DNA of 41,195 nt from Patescibacteria group bacterium (GCA_025054755.1 JANWZH010000002.1:1-41195), one strand, 5' to 3'; numbered from the stretch's first letter, positions 11,750-20,864 are shown. Notes: generated by a model from the sequence alone, not told the origin. Numbers and translations: made by a program.

Positions 11750-13048
11750 GTGGAATTTAAAAAAATTAAAAATTTAGAAAATTTAATTCAAAATGATTTA
11801 AGAAAAAATGCTTTAATTATTGTTGAGGAAGGGTTGCAAGCAATTGATACATCAAGAATTATTTATAATAACTTAAAATTAGAAAATAATATCTTAAAAA
11901 TTAATAATTTAGAATTTAATATTTTAGATTTTGAAAAAATAATAGTTTGTGGAATTGGAAAATGTGCTCTAGAAGCTGCAAAAGCTACTGAAGAAATTTT
12001 GGGTAATTATATTACAGACGGTATAGTTTTATATGTTGGTCAAAATGATATTAATTTAAATAAGATAGAAAAAATAAAAGGAACTCATCCTTATCCAAGT
12101 GAAATAAATATTTTAGCCACTAAAAAAATAATACAAAAATTATCTAATTTAACAGAAAAAGATTTGGTTATTTTTTTAATTTCGGGTGGCGGATCAACTC
12201 TTTTATGCTTGCCTAAAAATGAAAATGCTGGTTTAGAAATGGAAATATTTCAAACTTTAACTAAAAATGGCGCAGATATCATTGAATTAAATACTTTGCG
12301 CAAACACCTTTCTTTAGCTCGAGGCGGTTTTTTGGCTAAATATATTTATCCAGCTAAAGGAGTATCATTAATTTTTTCTGATGTATTAAATAATGATATA
12401 TCTTTTGTTTCTTCTGGTCCAACAGTTAAAGATAAAACTACGATTAATGATGCTTTAGAAATAATTAAAAAATATAATCTAGAAAATTTTTTCAAAATAA
12501 ACAATATTGAATTAATTGAGACGCCTAAAGATGATATTTATTTTAATAATTTTTATAATTTTTTAGTAGCTTCTAATGAAATAGCTTTAAAAGCGATGAA
12601 AATTAAGGCTGAAAATTTAGGATTTAAAGCAAAAATTTTGAATACAGCTTTATCTGGAGAAGCTCGAAAAGTAGCTTTAAATATTTTAAATGATTTAAGA
12701 AAAGAAGATTCTAAAACTATTTTATTATATGGCGGAGAAACAACAGTAACTATTAAAGGACATGGTAGAGGTGGAAGAAATCTAGAATTAGTTTTAGCTG
12801 CAGCTTTTAATATTTCAGATGATGAATTGATTATATCTTTTGATTCAGATGGCCGTGATAATGGTGATTTTGCTGGAGCAATTGCTGATAAAATAACTAG
12901 AGATTTAGTTTATCAAAATTTAGAAGAATCAAAAATTTATTTTGAAAACAATGAAGAATATCCTTTATTTGAAAAAATTGGAAATTATATTTATACAGGA
13001 AATACTGGTTCAAATGTTTCGGATTTAATTTTGGCAATTAAAAATTAA
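11750..13048 (+). CDS. Glycerate 2-kinase / hydroxypyruvate reductase family (DUF4147 + MOFRL domains)
   Basis: 432 aa with a GTG start; the ATG at 11748 is out of frame and stops quickly. Motifs GIGKCA, LISGGGSTLL, GGETTVTIKGHGRGGRN, DSDGRDNG, TGNTGSNVSD. Confidence 0.8.
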   Translation: MEFKKIKNLENLIQNDLRKNALIIVEEGLQAIDTSRIIYNNLKLENNILKINNLEFNILDFEKIIVCGIGKCALEAAKATEEILGNYITDGIVLYVGQNDINLNKIEKIKGTHPYPSEINILATKKIIQKLSNLTEKDLVIFLISGGGSTLLCLPKNENAGLEMEIFQTLTKNGADIIELNTLRKHLSLARGGFLAKYIYPAKGVSLIFSDVLNNDISFVSSGPTVKDKTTINDALEIIKKYNLENFFKINNIELIETPKDDIYFNNFYNFLVASNEIALKAMKIKAENLGFKAKILNTALSGEARKVALNILNDLRKEDSKTILLYGGETTVTIKGHGRGGRNLELVLAAAFNISDDELIISFDSDGRDNGDFAGAIADKITRDLVYQNLEESKIYFENNEEYPLFEKIGNYIYTGNTGSNVSDLILAIKN

Positions 13049-13116
13049 ATTAGACAAATATTTTAATTGAAATTATAATCATAAATATAAAGGTCTAAAA
13101 ATTTTTTATTATAATA

Positions 13117-15558
13117 ATGAAAAAATTTATTTTAAATTTTAATGAGATTGGGATAGAAGATATTCCAGAAGTTGGAGGCAAAAATGCTTCTTTGGGTGAA
13201 ATGTTAAAAAATTTAACTCCTTTGGGAGTTAATATCCCCGATGGTTTTGCTGTTACTGCTTTTGCTTATAATTATTTTTTAGAAAATTCTTTATATAAGA
13301 ATTTAAATTTAAAATCTTATATTCAAAATGTTTTAAAAGGTTTAAATACTAAAAATATTAAAGATTTAAATAAAAGAGGTAAATTAATTCGTGAAGCAAT
13401 TGAAAAAGCTCAATTTCCAAAAGAATTAGAAAATTCAATTATCGAAGCTTATCATAATTTAGAAAAAAAATATTATAAAAATGTTGATGTTGCTGTAAGA
13501 TCTTCAGCTACAGCTGAAGATCTTCCTGGCGCTTCTTTTGCGGGGCAACAAGAAACATACTTAAATATTAGAGGATTTAAAGAATTATTAAAAGCAGTTA
13601 AATTTGCAATGGCTTCTTTGTTCACTGATCGGGCAATTTCTTATAGAACAGATAAGGGTTTTGACCATTTTAAAGTTTCAATTTCAATTGGAGTTCAAAA
13701 AATGGTTAGATCAGATATCGGAGCTTCAGGAGTAGCTTTTACTTTAGATACTGAAACTGGTTTTAAAAATGTTGTTTTAATTAATGGTGTTTGGGGATTG
13801 GGAGAAATGATTGTTCAAGGAAAAGTTATACCAGATGAATTTTTGGTTTTTAAGCCATTACTAGATAAAGCTCCTAATCCTATTGTTTTTAAAAAATTAG
13901 GAGATAAAAATCAAAAAATGATTTATTTTGAGCCAAAAGGAATTAGTACTAAAAATACAAAAGTTATAAAAACAACAGAAAAAGAAAAGCAAACATATGT
14001 TTTAAGTGATGAAGAAGTTTTAATTCTAGCAAAATGGTGTTTATTAATTGAAAGACATTACTCTTCAAAACATAATAAATGGACACCAATGGATATTGAA
14101 TGGGCAAAAGATGGAAAAACTAATGAATTATTTATAGTGCAAGCAAGACCAGAAACAATTCATTCTCAAAGAGATTTTTCTAAAATTTTTGAATATCAAT
14201 TATTAGAAAAAGGAGATGTTATAACAAAAGGAATATCGGTGGGTAATAAAATTTCTAGCGGCAAAGCAAATGTTATTTTAAATGTTTCAGATATTTCTAA
14301 GTTTAAAAAAGGAGATATTTTAGTTACTGATATGACTGATCCAGATTGGGAGCCAATTATGAAAATTGCTTCTGGTATTATAACGGATAAGGGTGGAAGA
14401 ACGTCACATGCTGCAATTGTTAGTCGTGAACTTGGAATTCCATGTATTGTTGGCACAGAAAATGCAACTCGTAAGATTAAAACAGGTAATTTATTGACAA
14501 TTGATACAACTAGCGCAGAGGGTTTAGTCTATAAAGGCATATTAAAATATAAAACTATTGAGCACGACGTTTCTAATTTACGAAAACCAAAAACAAAAAT
14601 AATGATGAACATCGCTACTCCAGATACTGCTTTTGAAAAGTCTTTTCTACCAAATGATGGTGTTGGATTAGCTAGAGAAGAATTTATTATTGCTTCAGAT
14701 ATTGGTATTCATCCCAATGCTTTAATTAATTATAAAAAATTAGGCTTGGAATTAAGAAAAAAAATAGATAAAAAAACATTTGGATATAAAGATAAAGTTC
14801 AGTTTTATATTGATTATTTAGCTTATGGTATTGCTAAAATTGGAGCAGCTTTCTGGCCTAATCCGGTTATTGTTAGATTTTCTGATTTTAAAACTAATGA
14901 ATATAAAACTTTATTAGGTGGAGAGATTTATGAACCAAACGAAGAAAATCCGATGATTGGTTGGAGAGGCGCTTCTAGATATTATCATTCTCAATTTAAA
15001 GACGCTTTTAGATTAGAGCTTTTAGCTATTAAAAAGGTTAGAGAAGAAATTGGTCTTAATAATATTGATGTTATGGTTCCATTTTGTAGAACGCCAGAAG
15101 AAGGTAAAAAAGTTTTAAATTTAATAGAAAAGGAGGGATTGTTAAGCGAAGAACACATTAAAAAATCTGGTTCGAAATTAAATGTTTATGTGATGTGTGA
15201 AATTCCTTCTAATATTTTATTAGCTGAAGAATTTTTAAATATTTTTGATGGAATGTCAATTGGCTCTAATGATTTAACACAATTAACATTAGGAATTGAT
15301 CGTGATGGAAATGAAATGATTAAACATATTGCTAATGAAAACAATGAGGCTATTAAAAAATTAATTCGTGAAATTATTAATAAATGTAAGGAAAAAAATA
15401 AATATATTGGAATTTGTGGACAAGGCCCATCTGATTTTCCTGAATTTGCTGAATTTTTAGTTGAAGCAGGAATAACTAGTATATCATTAAATCCAGATAC
15501 AATTATTAAAACAATTTTAAATATTTTAGAAAAAGAAAAGCAATTAAATAAGAATTAA
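13117..15558 (+). CDS. ppsA: Phosphoenolpyruvate synthase (pyruvate, water dikinase)
   Basis: 813 aa. N-terminal ATP-grasp region (VGGKNASLGEM, VAVRSSATAEDLPGASFAGQQETYLN), phosphohistidine swivel motif GGRTSHAAIVSRELGIPCIVG and a C-terminal PEP-utilising TIM barrel (GSNDLTQ). Confidence 0.92.
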   Translation: MKKFILNFNEIGIEDIPEVGGKNASLGEMLKNLTPLGVNIPDGFAVTAFAYNYFLENSLYKNLNLKSYIQNVLKGLNTKNIKDLNKRGKLIREAIEKAQFPKELENSIIEAYHNLEKKYYKNVDVAVRSSATAEDLPGASFAGQQETYLNIRGFKELLKAVKFAMASLFTDRAISYRTDKGFDHFKVSISIGVQKMVRSDIGASGVAFTLDTETGFKNVVLINGVWGLGEMIVQGKVIPDEFLVFKPLLDKAPNPIVFKKLGDKNQKMIYFEPKGISTKNTKVIKTTEKEKQTYVLSDEEVLILAKWCLLIERHYSSKHNKWTPMDIEWAKDGKTNELFIVQARPETIHSQRDFSKIFEYQLLEKGDVITKGISVGNKISSGKANVILNVSDISKFKKGDILVTDMTDPDWEPIMKIASGIITDKGGRTSHAAIVSRELGIPCIVGTENATRKIKTGNLLTIDTTSAEGLVYKGILKYKTIEHDVSNLRKPKTKIMMNIATPDTAFEKSFLPNDGVGLAREEFIIASDIGIHPNALINYKKLGLELRKKIDKKTFGYKDKVQFYIDYLAYGIAKIGAAFWPNPVIVRFSDFKTNEYKTLLGGEIYEPNEENPMIGWRGASRYYHSQFKDAFRLELLAIKKVREEIGLNNIDVMVPFCRTPEEGKKVLNLIEKEGLLSEEHIKKSGSKLNVYVMCEIPSNILLAEEFLNIFDGMSIGSNDLTQLTLGIDRDGNEMIKHIANENNEAIKKLIREIINKCKEKNKYIGICGQGPSDFPEFAEFLVEAGITSISLNPDTIIKTILNILEKEKQLNKN

Positions 15559-15561
15559 TTA

Positions 15562-15590
15562 TTACAGTTTTTATTTTTTTAATTTATAAT
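15562..15590 (+). promoter_or_regulatory. Putative promoter of the pilus cluster (TTACAG-17 nt-TATAAT)
   Basis: TTACAG at 15562-15567 and TATAAT at 15585-15590, 16 nt upstream of the pilC ATG. Could be a chance match in AT-rich DNA. Confidence 0.35.
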
Positions 15591-15606
15591 ATAATTAAAT
15601 ATAAAT

Positions 15607-16806
15607 ATGCTTTATCATTATTTAGCTTCTGATAATCAAGGGAAAATATATGAAGGCAATTATGATGCTGAAAACATTAATGATGTTTTAGTATATTTAT
15701 CTGGTTCTGGTTTAAAGCCAATTTCGATTAAAGCTATTAAGATTATAAAGCCATTAATATTTAGTCAATCTATTAAACTTTCAGATAAAATATTTTTAAT
15801 GAAATATTTATCTTTAATGTTGCAAGTTGGAACAGATCTTTTGTCGGCAATTAATATTTTAATTTCAGATTTACAAGGATCTGGTATTCATAATTTTTTA
15901 ATTGAAGTTCGTGAAAATTTAACCAAAGGGAGACCATTTTATGAAGCTTTTGCCAAACATCCTAGATCATTTTCTATAGTGGAAACTAATATTATTAAAG
16001 CAGCTGAGGCTTCTGGTAATTTACAAAAGACTTTTGAAGATTTGAGTGAGTCTTTACAACGTGAAGCTGAAATTAGGGGGAAAATTCGTTCAGCTTTAAT
16101 TTATCCTATTATTTTGCTTATAATGTCTTTAGCTATTTTTTTCTTTTTATCAACTTTTGCTTTGCCTAAAATTGCTAAGGTTTTTAATGAATCAGGAATA
16201 GAACCGCCAACATTTTCTAGAATTGTTTTTACAATAGGACTTTTTATTAGTGATCATTTTGCAATTATTTTATTTTTATTATTAATAATTATTTCTTTTT
16301 TAATTTATTTTTTTGGCTTTAATAATTTTGGCAAAACATTAATTCGTCAATTTATTAGTAGATTGCCATTTGTTAAGAAAATTTATTTAGATATTGCTAT
16401 TCAAAGATTTACCTCAACATTTTCTTCTTTATTAAAAGCAGGAATTCCAATTATTGATTCTTTAAAAATTACAGCTGATGTTGTTGGCCATCAAGAAATA
16501 AAATTAGCTCTTTTAAGAATTGCTGAAGAGGGTTTAAGTAGAGGATTAACTGTAAGTGAATCTTTTAAAAAAGAAATTATTTTCCCACGCGTAGTTACAA
16601 ATTTAATTGCTATTTCTGAAAAAGCTGGTCATTTAGATGAGGTTTTGGGCACGTTGGCTAAATTTTATGCATCTAATATTGATTCGACAATTAAATCAGT
16701 AGTAGCTGTTATTGAACCAATTTTACTTATTTTAATGGGTGGTTTAGTTGGTATTATTGCTTTATCTATTGTTATTCCAATTTATCAATTAGCAATGAAA
16801 TTTTAA
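15607..16806 (+). CDS. pilC: Type IV pilus assembly platform protein PilC / type II secretion system F family
   Basis: 399 aa. Duplicated T2SS-F domain architecture with three TM segments; motifs AGIPIIDSL, EASGNL, EKAGHLDEVL and the C-terminal PIYQL-type tail. Confidence 0.88.
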   Translation: MLYHYLASDNQGKIYEGNYDAENINDVLVYLSGSGLKPISIKAIKIIKPLIFSQSIKLSDKIFLMKYLSLMLQVGTDLLSAINILISDLQGSGIHNFLIEVRENLTKGRPFYEAFAKHPRSFSIVETNIIKAAEASGNLQKTFEDLSESLQREAEIRGKIRSALIYPIILLIMSLAIFFFLSTFALPKIAKVFNESGIEPPTFSRIVFTIGLFISDHFAIILFLLLIIISFLIYFFGFNNFGKTLIRQFISRLPFVKKIYLDIAIQRFTSTFSSLLKAGIPIIDSLKITADVVGHQEIKLALLRIAEEGLSRGLTVSESFKKEIIFPRVVTNLIAISEKAGHLDEVLGTLAKFYASNIDSTIKSVVAVIEPILLILMGGLVGIIALSIVIPIYQLAMKF

Positions 16807-16808
16807 AA

Positions 16809-17318
16809 ATGAATCAAAATATTAAAAATTTAATAAAAAAAGGATTTAGTTTAACCGAATTACTAATTTCAGTAGCTTTAATAATGATTTTATCTATTGT
16901 TATTTTTTCTAATTTTTATAAAAGGAGAAATATTACAAATTTAAGATCAACCACTACGCAAATTGCTGCAATTTTAATGGAGGCTCGTAATAGATCAATA
17001 GCTCAAGAAAAAGATAGTTATTGGGGCGTTTATTTTGAAAATCCAACTTCGTCAAAGCCTTCTTTTAGTTTGTTTTATACATCAGATTCAAATTTTGCAA
17101 CAAGTAGTTTTAAATATATTAAAAAATATTTTTTGACTGATTTTGTTTATTATAATACTTCAACTATTCCTTTAGGAGGCAATTTAATTATTGTATTTAA
17201 CAAAGTTTCTGGATTGCCTATTAGTGTTTCTACAATTTATTTAGATTTGAAACAGGGAAATATTACAATAGCATCTTCTTCGATTAATATTAATTCTGTT
17301 GGAACAATAATTTATTAA
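16809..17318 (+). CDS. Prepilin-type N-terminal cleavage/methylation domain protein (type IV pilin or pseudopilin)
   Basis: 169 aa. Class III signal peptide KKG|FSLTELLISVALIMIL with Gly at -1, Phe at +1 and Glu at +5. Starts 2 nt after the pilC stop. Confidence 0.75.
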   Translation: MNQNIKNLIKKGFSLTELLISVALIMILSIVIFSNFYKRRNITNLRSTTTQIAAILMEARNRSIAQEKDSYWGVYFENPTSSKPSFSLFYTSDSNFATSSFKYIKKYFLTDFVYYNTSTIPLGGNLIIVFNKVSGLPISVSTIYLDLKQGNITIASSSININSVGTIIY

Positions 17319-17341
17319 TGTTTAAATAATATTAGTATAAA

Positions 17342-17986
17342 ATGAAAGTAAAATTAAAATATTATTTAAAAAATTTAAATTTTAATAATGGTCAATCTTT
17401 GGTCGAAGTTTTGATTGCCTTATCAATAGGAATTATTTTTGTTTTAGGAACAATAATTGCAGTACAAATGTCTCTAAAAACAGGAAGAGATTCTGAAAAA
17501 ATTCAAACTAGTGCTATGTTGGCTAGGGAATTAATGGATAATGTTAAAATTTTTGCTGATTCAGGCTGGTACAATGTAGCTAATTTAGCTACGACTTCTA
17601 TTAATAAATATTATATTAATACATCTACTCCTTTTACTGCAATATCTGGAATAGAAATAATAACTATTGGAACAACTACATATAATAGATATTTTTATTT
17701 GGATGATGTTTACCGTGATGGTAGTGGTTCTATTGTAAATTCTGGAGGAACTTTTGATCCATCAACCAAAAAGTTAACTATTGTTTATAAATGGGTTGGA
17801 GGAAATGATAGATTTTTAACAACCTATATTACTCGTTCTAAAAATGTTATTTTTAATCAAACTGATTGGTCTGGTGGAGGGGGGCAAACTGGACCAATTA
17901 CATCAACGAATTCAATGTTTGCTACTTCTACTAATATTGACTTTTCAACTACAACTGGCTCAATTAGATTAAGGTTAGGTTATTAA
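17342..17986 (+). CDS. Prepilin-type minor pilin-like protein
   Basis: 214 aa. NNG|QSLVEVLIALSIGIIFVL with Glu at +5, a Ser/Thr-rich globular part and a C-terminal TDWSGGGGQTGP motif. Confidence 0.65.
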   Translation: MKVKLKYYLKNLNFNNGQSLVEVLIALSIGIIFVLGTIIAVQMSLKTGRDSEKIQTSAMLARELMDNVKIFADSGWYNVANLATTSINKYYINTSTPFTAISGIEIITIGTTTYNRYFYLDDVYRDGSGSIVNSGGTFDPSTKKLTIVYKWVGGNDRFLTTYITRSKNVIFNQTDWSGGGGQTGPITSTNSMFATSTNIDFSTTTGSIRLRLGY

Positions 17987-17993
17987 ATTTTTA

Positions 17994-18021
17994 TTGAATA
18001 TAGTTTTTATTTTGATATAAT
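17994..18021 (+). promoter_or_regulatory. Putative internal promoter with leaderless geometry (TTGAAT-16 nt-TATAAT-6 nt-ATG)
   Basis: TTGAAT at 17994-17999 and TATAAT at 18016-18021. The A of the ATG at 18028 lies 7 nt downstream of the -10 element. Confidence 0.4.
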
Positions 18022-18027
18022 TAAAAT

Positions 18028-18894
18028 ATGAAAAATAAAATCAATTTGATTATCATAATTATATTTATTATTTTTTTAACAGCACTAGCCGCAACTAATA
18101 TTGATTCAAGTAATCGTTGGGCCTGGAATGATTTAATAGGCTGGATTGATTTTTATTCTACAAATACAGTTAATGTTAATTCTCAACAATTAACTGGTTA
18201 TGCAAGTTCTTCTGCTGGAGATATTTCTTTAGATTGTGCAACAACTCGTAATGGCAATATATGTTCTCAAAGCAATTATAAAGTTTTAAATGATGGAGGG
18301 GGTAATTTATCTGGTTGGGCTTGGAATGATAATTATGGTTGGATTAGTTTTTGTGGTGGTCAAAATACTGTAAATTGTCCAGGTTCTATAATTTATCAAG
18401 TTAAAATTGACCCAAATACTGGAGATTTTTCAAATTATGCTTGGAATGATTTATTAGGTTGGATTAGTTTTTGTGGTCAGCCTGGAGGTGGATTAGGTTG
18501 TGCATCTACAACTTATTCATATAAAGTAAATACTTCTTGGCGTGCTACAGCAACAATAGGTTATTTAGATTCAAGTATTTATGATACTGGAATAAGCGGT
18601 GGGGCACAGATAAATTCTATTTTATGGAAAGGAGATTTGCCTTCTGGCACTCAGGTTAGATTTAAAATAGCCTCTTCTAATTCATCTAATGGGCCATGGA
18701 ATTTTTTGGGCCCAAATGGCACAACAAATGATAATGATTATTATGGACCAGTTTTTCCTAATCAGTCGTATCAAATAAATTATTTATTGCATAGTAATCA
18801 TCGTTATTTTAGATATAGAGTCATTTTAGTTTCAGATCAAGCTCAACAAAATTCGCCTAGAATTGATGATATTATAATTAATTGGAGTCCTTAA
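18028..18894 (+). CDS. Secreted Cys/Trp-repeat protein of the pilus cluster, function unknown
   Basis: 288 aa. Sec-type signal peptide (hydrophobic core, ALA|AT). Three copies of W-A-W-N-D-x-x-G-W-I-x-F, each followed by a Cys pair, plus a C-terminal domain of about 120 aa. Confidence 0.7.
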   Translation: MKNKINLIIIIIFIIFLTALAATNIDSSNRWAWNDLIGWIDFYSTNTVNVNSQQLTGYASSSAGDISLDCATTRNGNICSQSNYKVLNDGGGNLSGWAWNDNYGWISFCGGQNTVNCPGSIIYQVKIDPNTGDFSNYAWNDLLGWISFCGQPGGGLGCASTTYSYKVNTSWRATATIGYLDSSIYDTGISGGAQINSILWKGDLPSGTQVRFKIASSNSSNGPWNFLGPNGTTNDNDYYGPVFPNQSYQINYLLHSNHRYFRYRVILVSDQAQQNSPRIDDIIINWSP

Positions 18895-19320
18895 ATGTTT
18901 TTTAAAAAAAAAATAAAATTTGATAAATTAAATAGTGGGCAAGCTGCTCTTTCAACAATTATTTTAATTGGTGGAATTATAGCATTAATTACTATAACAT
19001 TAGTAATTATTATTTCTTCTTATGCAACCTCAGCTTATAGTTATCAAAATTCGCAAAGAGCTTTAGCTGTAGCAAATGCAGGAGCGGATGATGCTTTATT
19101 GAGATTAGTTAGGAACAAAGACTTTGAGAATACGTCAGGTTATATTGTTTATTCTGATTCAGATTCAGCAACTGTAAAAGTTGTTCAAGATATTGCAAAT
19201 AAAAAAGCAATTATACTTTCAGTAGCAAATATATTAGGTTATAATAAAAAGGTTAGAGCTATTGTTTCGATCAATAATGATGGCGAGGTTAGATTAATTA
19301 AAAGAGAGCAAATAGAATAA
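18895..19320 (+). CDS. PilX-like / atypical prepilin-like protein
   Basis: 141 aa. NSG|QAALSTIILIGGIIALITITLVIII has a Gly then hydrophobic helix like a class III signal but Ser instead of Glu at +5. The start abuts the upstream stop. Confidence 0.5.
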   Translation: MFFKKKIKFDKLNSGQAALSTIILIGGIIALITITLVIIISSYATSAYSYQNSQRALAVANAGADDALLRLVRNKDFENTSGYIVYSDSDSATVKVVQDIANKKAIILSVANILGYNKKVRAIVSINNDGEVRLIKREQIE

Positions 19321-19334
19321 AAATTTAATAAACT

Positions 19335-20864
19335 ATGCAGTATAAAGAGAGATATAAAAAATTTTTAAATATATTTTTAAAAACTTTAAAAGTTAAATCA
19401 ATTTCAGGAGGATTAGAAATTTCTGATTCTTGGTTAAGATATGCTTATTTAGAAAATGATAAATGGAATTTAATTGGAGTACGTTTGCCTCAAAATGTTG
19501 TAGTTAATGGTCAAATTAAAAATTATGATTTATTTATTAAAACTTTGAATGAATTAAGAAATAAAATTTTTAATGGAAAAGATTCTAAAAAAGTATTAAA
19601 TGTTATAGTATCTTTAAGTTCAATCGATGTTTATAGTCAAATTTTTACTTTGCCAATTATTGAAGGAGAGAATTTAGAAAAAGCTATTAAATTAAATATT
19701 AAAATGCTTTCTCCTCAAGAAGAAAATCAAACTTATAGTAGTTGGCAGATTGTAAGCCGTGATCAAAAATTGATGCGACTTGAAATTTTATCTGCTTTTA
19801 TTAATAAAGAAATAATTAATGATTTTAAAAAAGCTTTAACTGAAACAAAATTTATGCCTCGTTCAATTGAATCATATTCTTTTTCTTTAACAAGATTTTT
19901 TGTAAAAAAAGTTAAAAATTTTCAAATTAGTAAAAATTATTTAATTTTAAATATTGATGATAGCGGAATTAAAAGTTTAATTATTCGTAATGGAAATTTA
20001 TATTTTAATTATTTTTCTTTTTGGTCAGAAATTTTTAAAGATGAAAATCAAATTAGTTGGGATAAATTCGAAATTTTTCTTATACGTCATTTACATCAAG
20101 TTGTTAATTTTTATAATTCTCGTTGGGCAGATGAAATAGATGGCTTATTTTTAATTTCGCCAGTTTTTGTTTCAGAAATTAAAAACATTATCATACAAAA
20201 TTTTGATTTAAAAATTTTAGATTTAGATTTAGATTTTCCTCAGAATATTTCTTCGGAATGGTTTATAGCAATTGGATCTTATTATAGAAATGAAATTTCT
20301 CCTAAAGAAGATCAAGAATTAAATTTATTGGGCGGAGATGCTTCCCAAATGTTTATTCAAAATCAGATTTTACAATTTATACAATTTTGGCGTTTAGCTG
20401 TTATATCTTCAGCAATTTTTATTTTATTAAGTATTGTTATTGGCAATTTATTTTTAAATAATATTTTAAATTCTTTAAAAATAGAACATTCAAATATTAA
20501 TTCAGCAGTTCATGCCAAAGAAGCAAGGGATTTTCAAATTAAGATAGAAGAATTTAATAAAGTAGTTGATATGGTTAGTATGGTTAATAATAATTATTTA
20601 AATAGATATTTTGTTTTACAAAAAATTATTGAAAAGATAAGTAATAACGATATTAATATTAAAAATTTATCTTTTAATAATGATTTATCAGTTAAAATTT
20701 CTGCTGTATCAAAAAATGAAGAAAATATTTCTAAATTTAAAAAAAATTTAGAAAGTGATAATTTTTTTAGAAATGTTAACTTACCTTTTTCGGAAATTAA
20801 ACCTTATGAGGATGGTAAAACATTTTTTATAAGTTTTTCAATTAATCCATCAACTATACAGTAA
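19335..20864 (+). CDS. PilM-like actin-fold ATPase fused to a TM segment and a PilN-like C-terminal domain
   Basis: 509 aa. The N-terminal 330 aa or so resemble PilM (GLEISDSWLRYAYL..., VIVSLSS..VYSQIFTLP..EGENLEKAIKLN). A TM helix (WRLAVISSAIFILLSIVIGNLFL) is followed by a coiled-coil-rich tail. Confidence 0.6.
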   Translation: MQYKERYKKFLNIFLKTLKVKSISGGLEISDSWLRYAYLENDKWNLIGVRLPQNVVVNGQIKNYDLFIKTLNELRNKIFNGKDSKKVLNVIVSLSSIDVYSQIFTLPIIEGENLEKAIKLNIKMLSPQEENQTYSSWQIVSRDQKLMRLEILSAFINKEIINDFKKALTETKFMPRSIESYSFSLTRFFVKKVKNFQISKNYLILNIDDSGIKSLIIRNGNLYFNYFSFWSEIFKDENQISWDKFEIFLIRHLHQVVNFYNSRWADEIDGLFLISPVFVSEIKNIIIQNFDLKILDLDLDFPQNISSEWFIAIGSYYRNEISPKEDQELNLLGGDASQMFIQNQILQFIQFWRLAVISSAIFILLSIVIGNLFLNNILNSLKIEHSNINSAVHAKEARDFQIKIEEFNKVVDMVSMVNNNYLNRYFVLQKIIEKISNNDINIKNLSFNNDLSVKISAVSKNEENISKFKKNLESDNFFRNVNLPFSEIKPYEDGKTFFISFSINPSTIQ

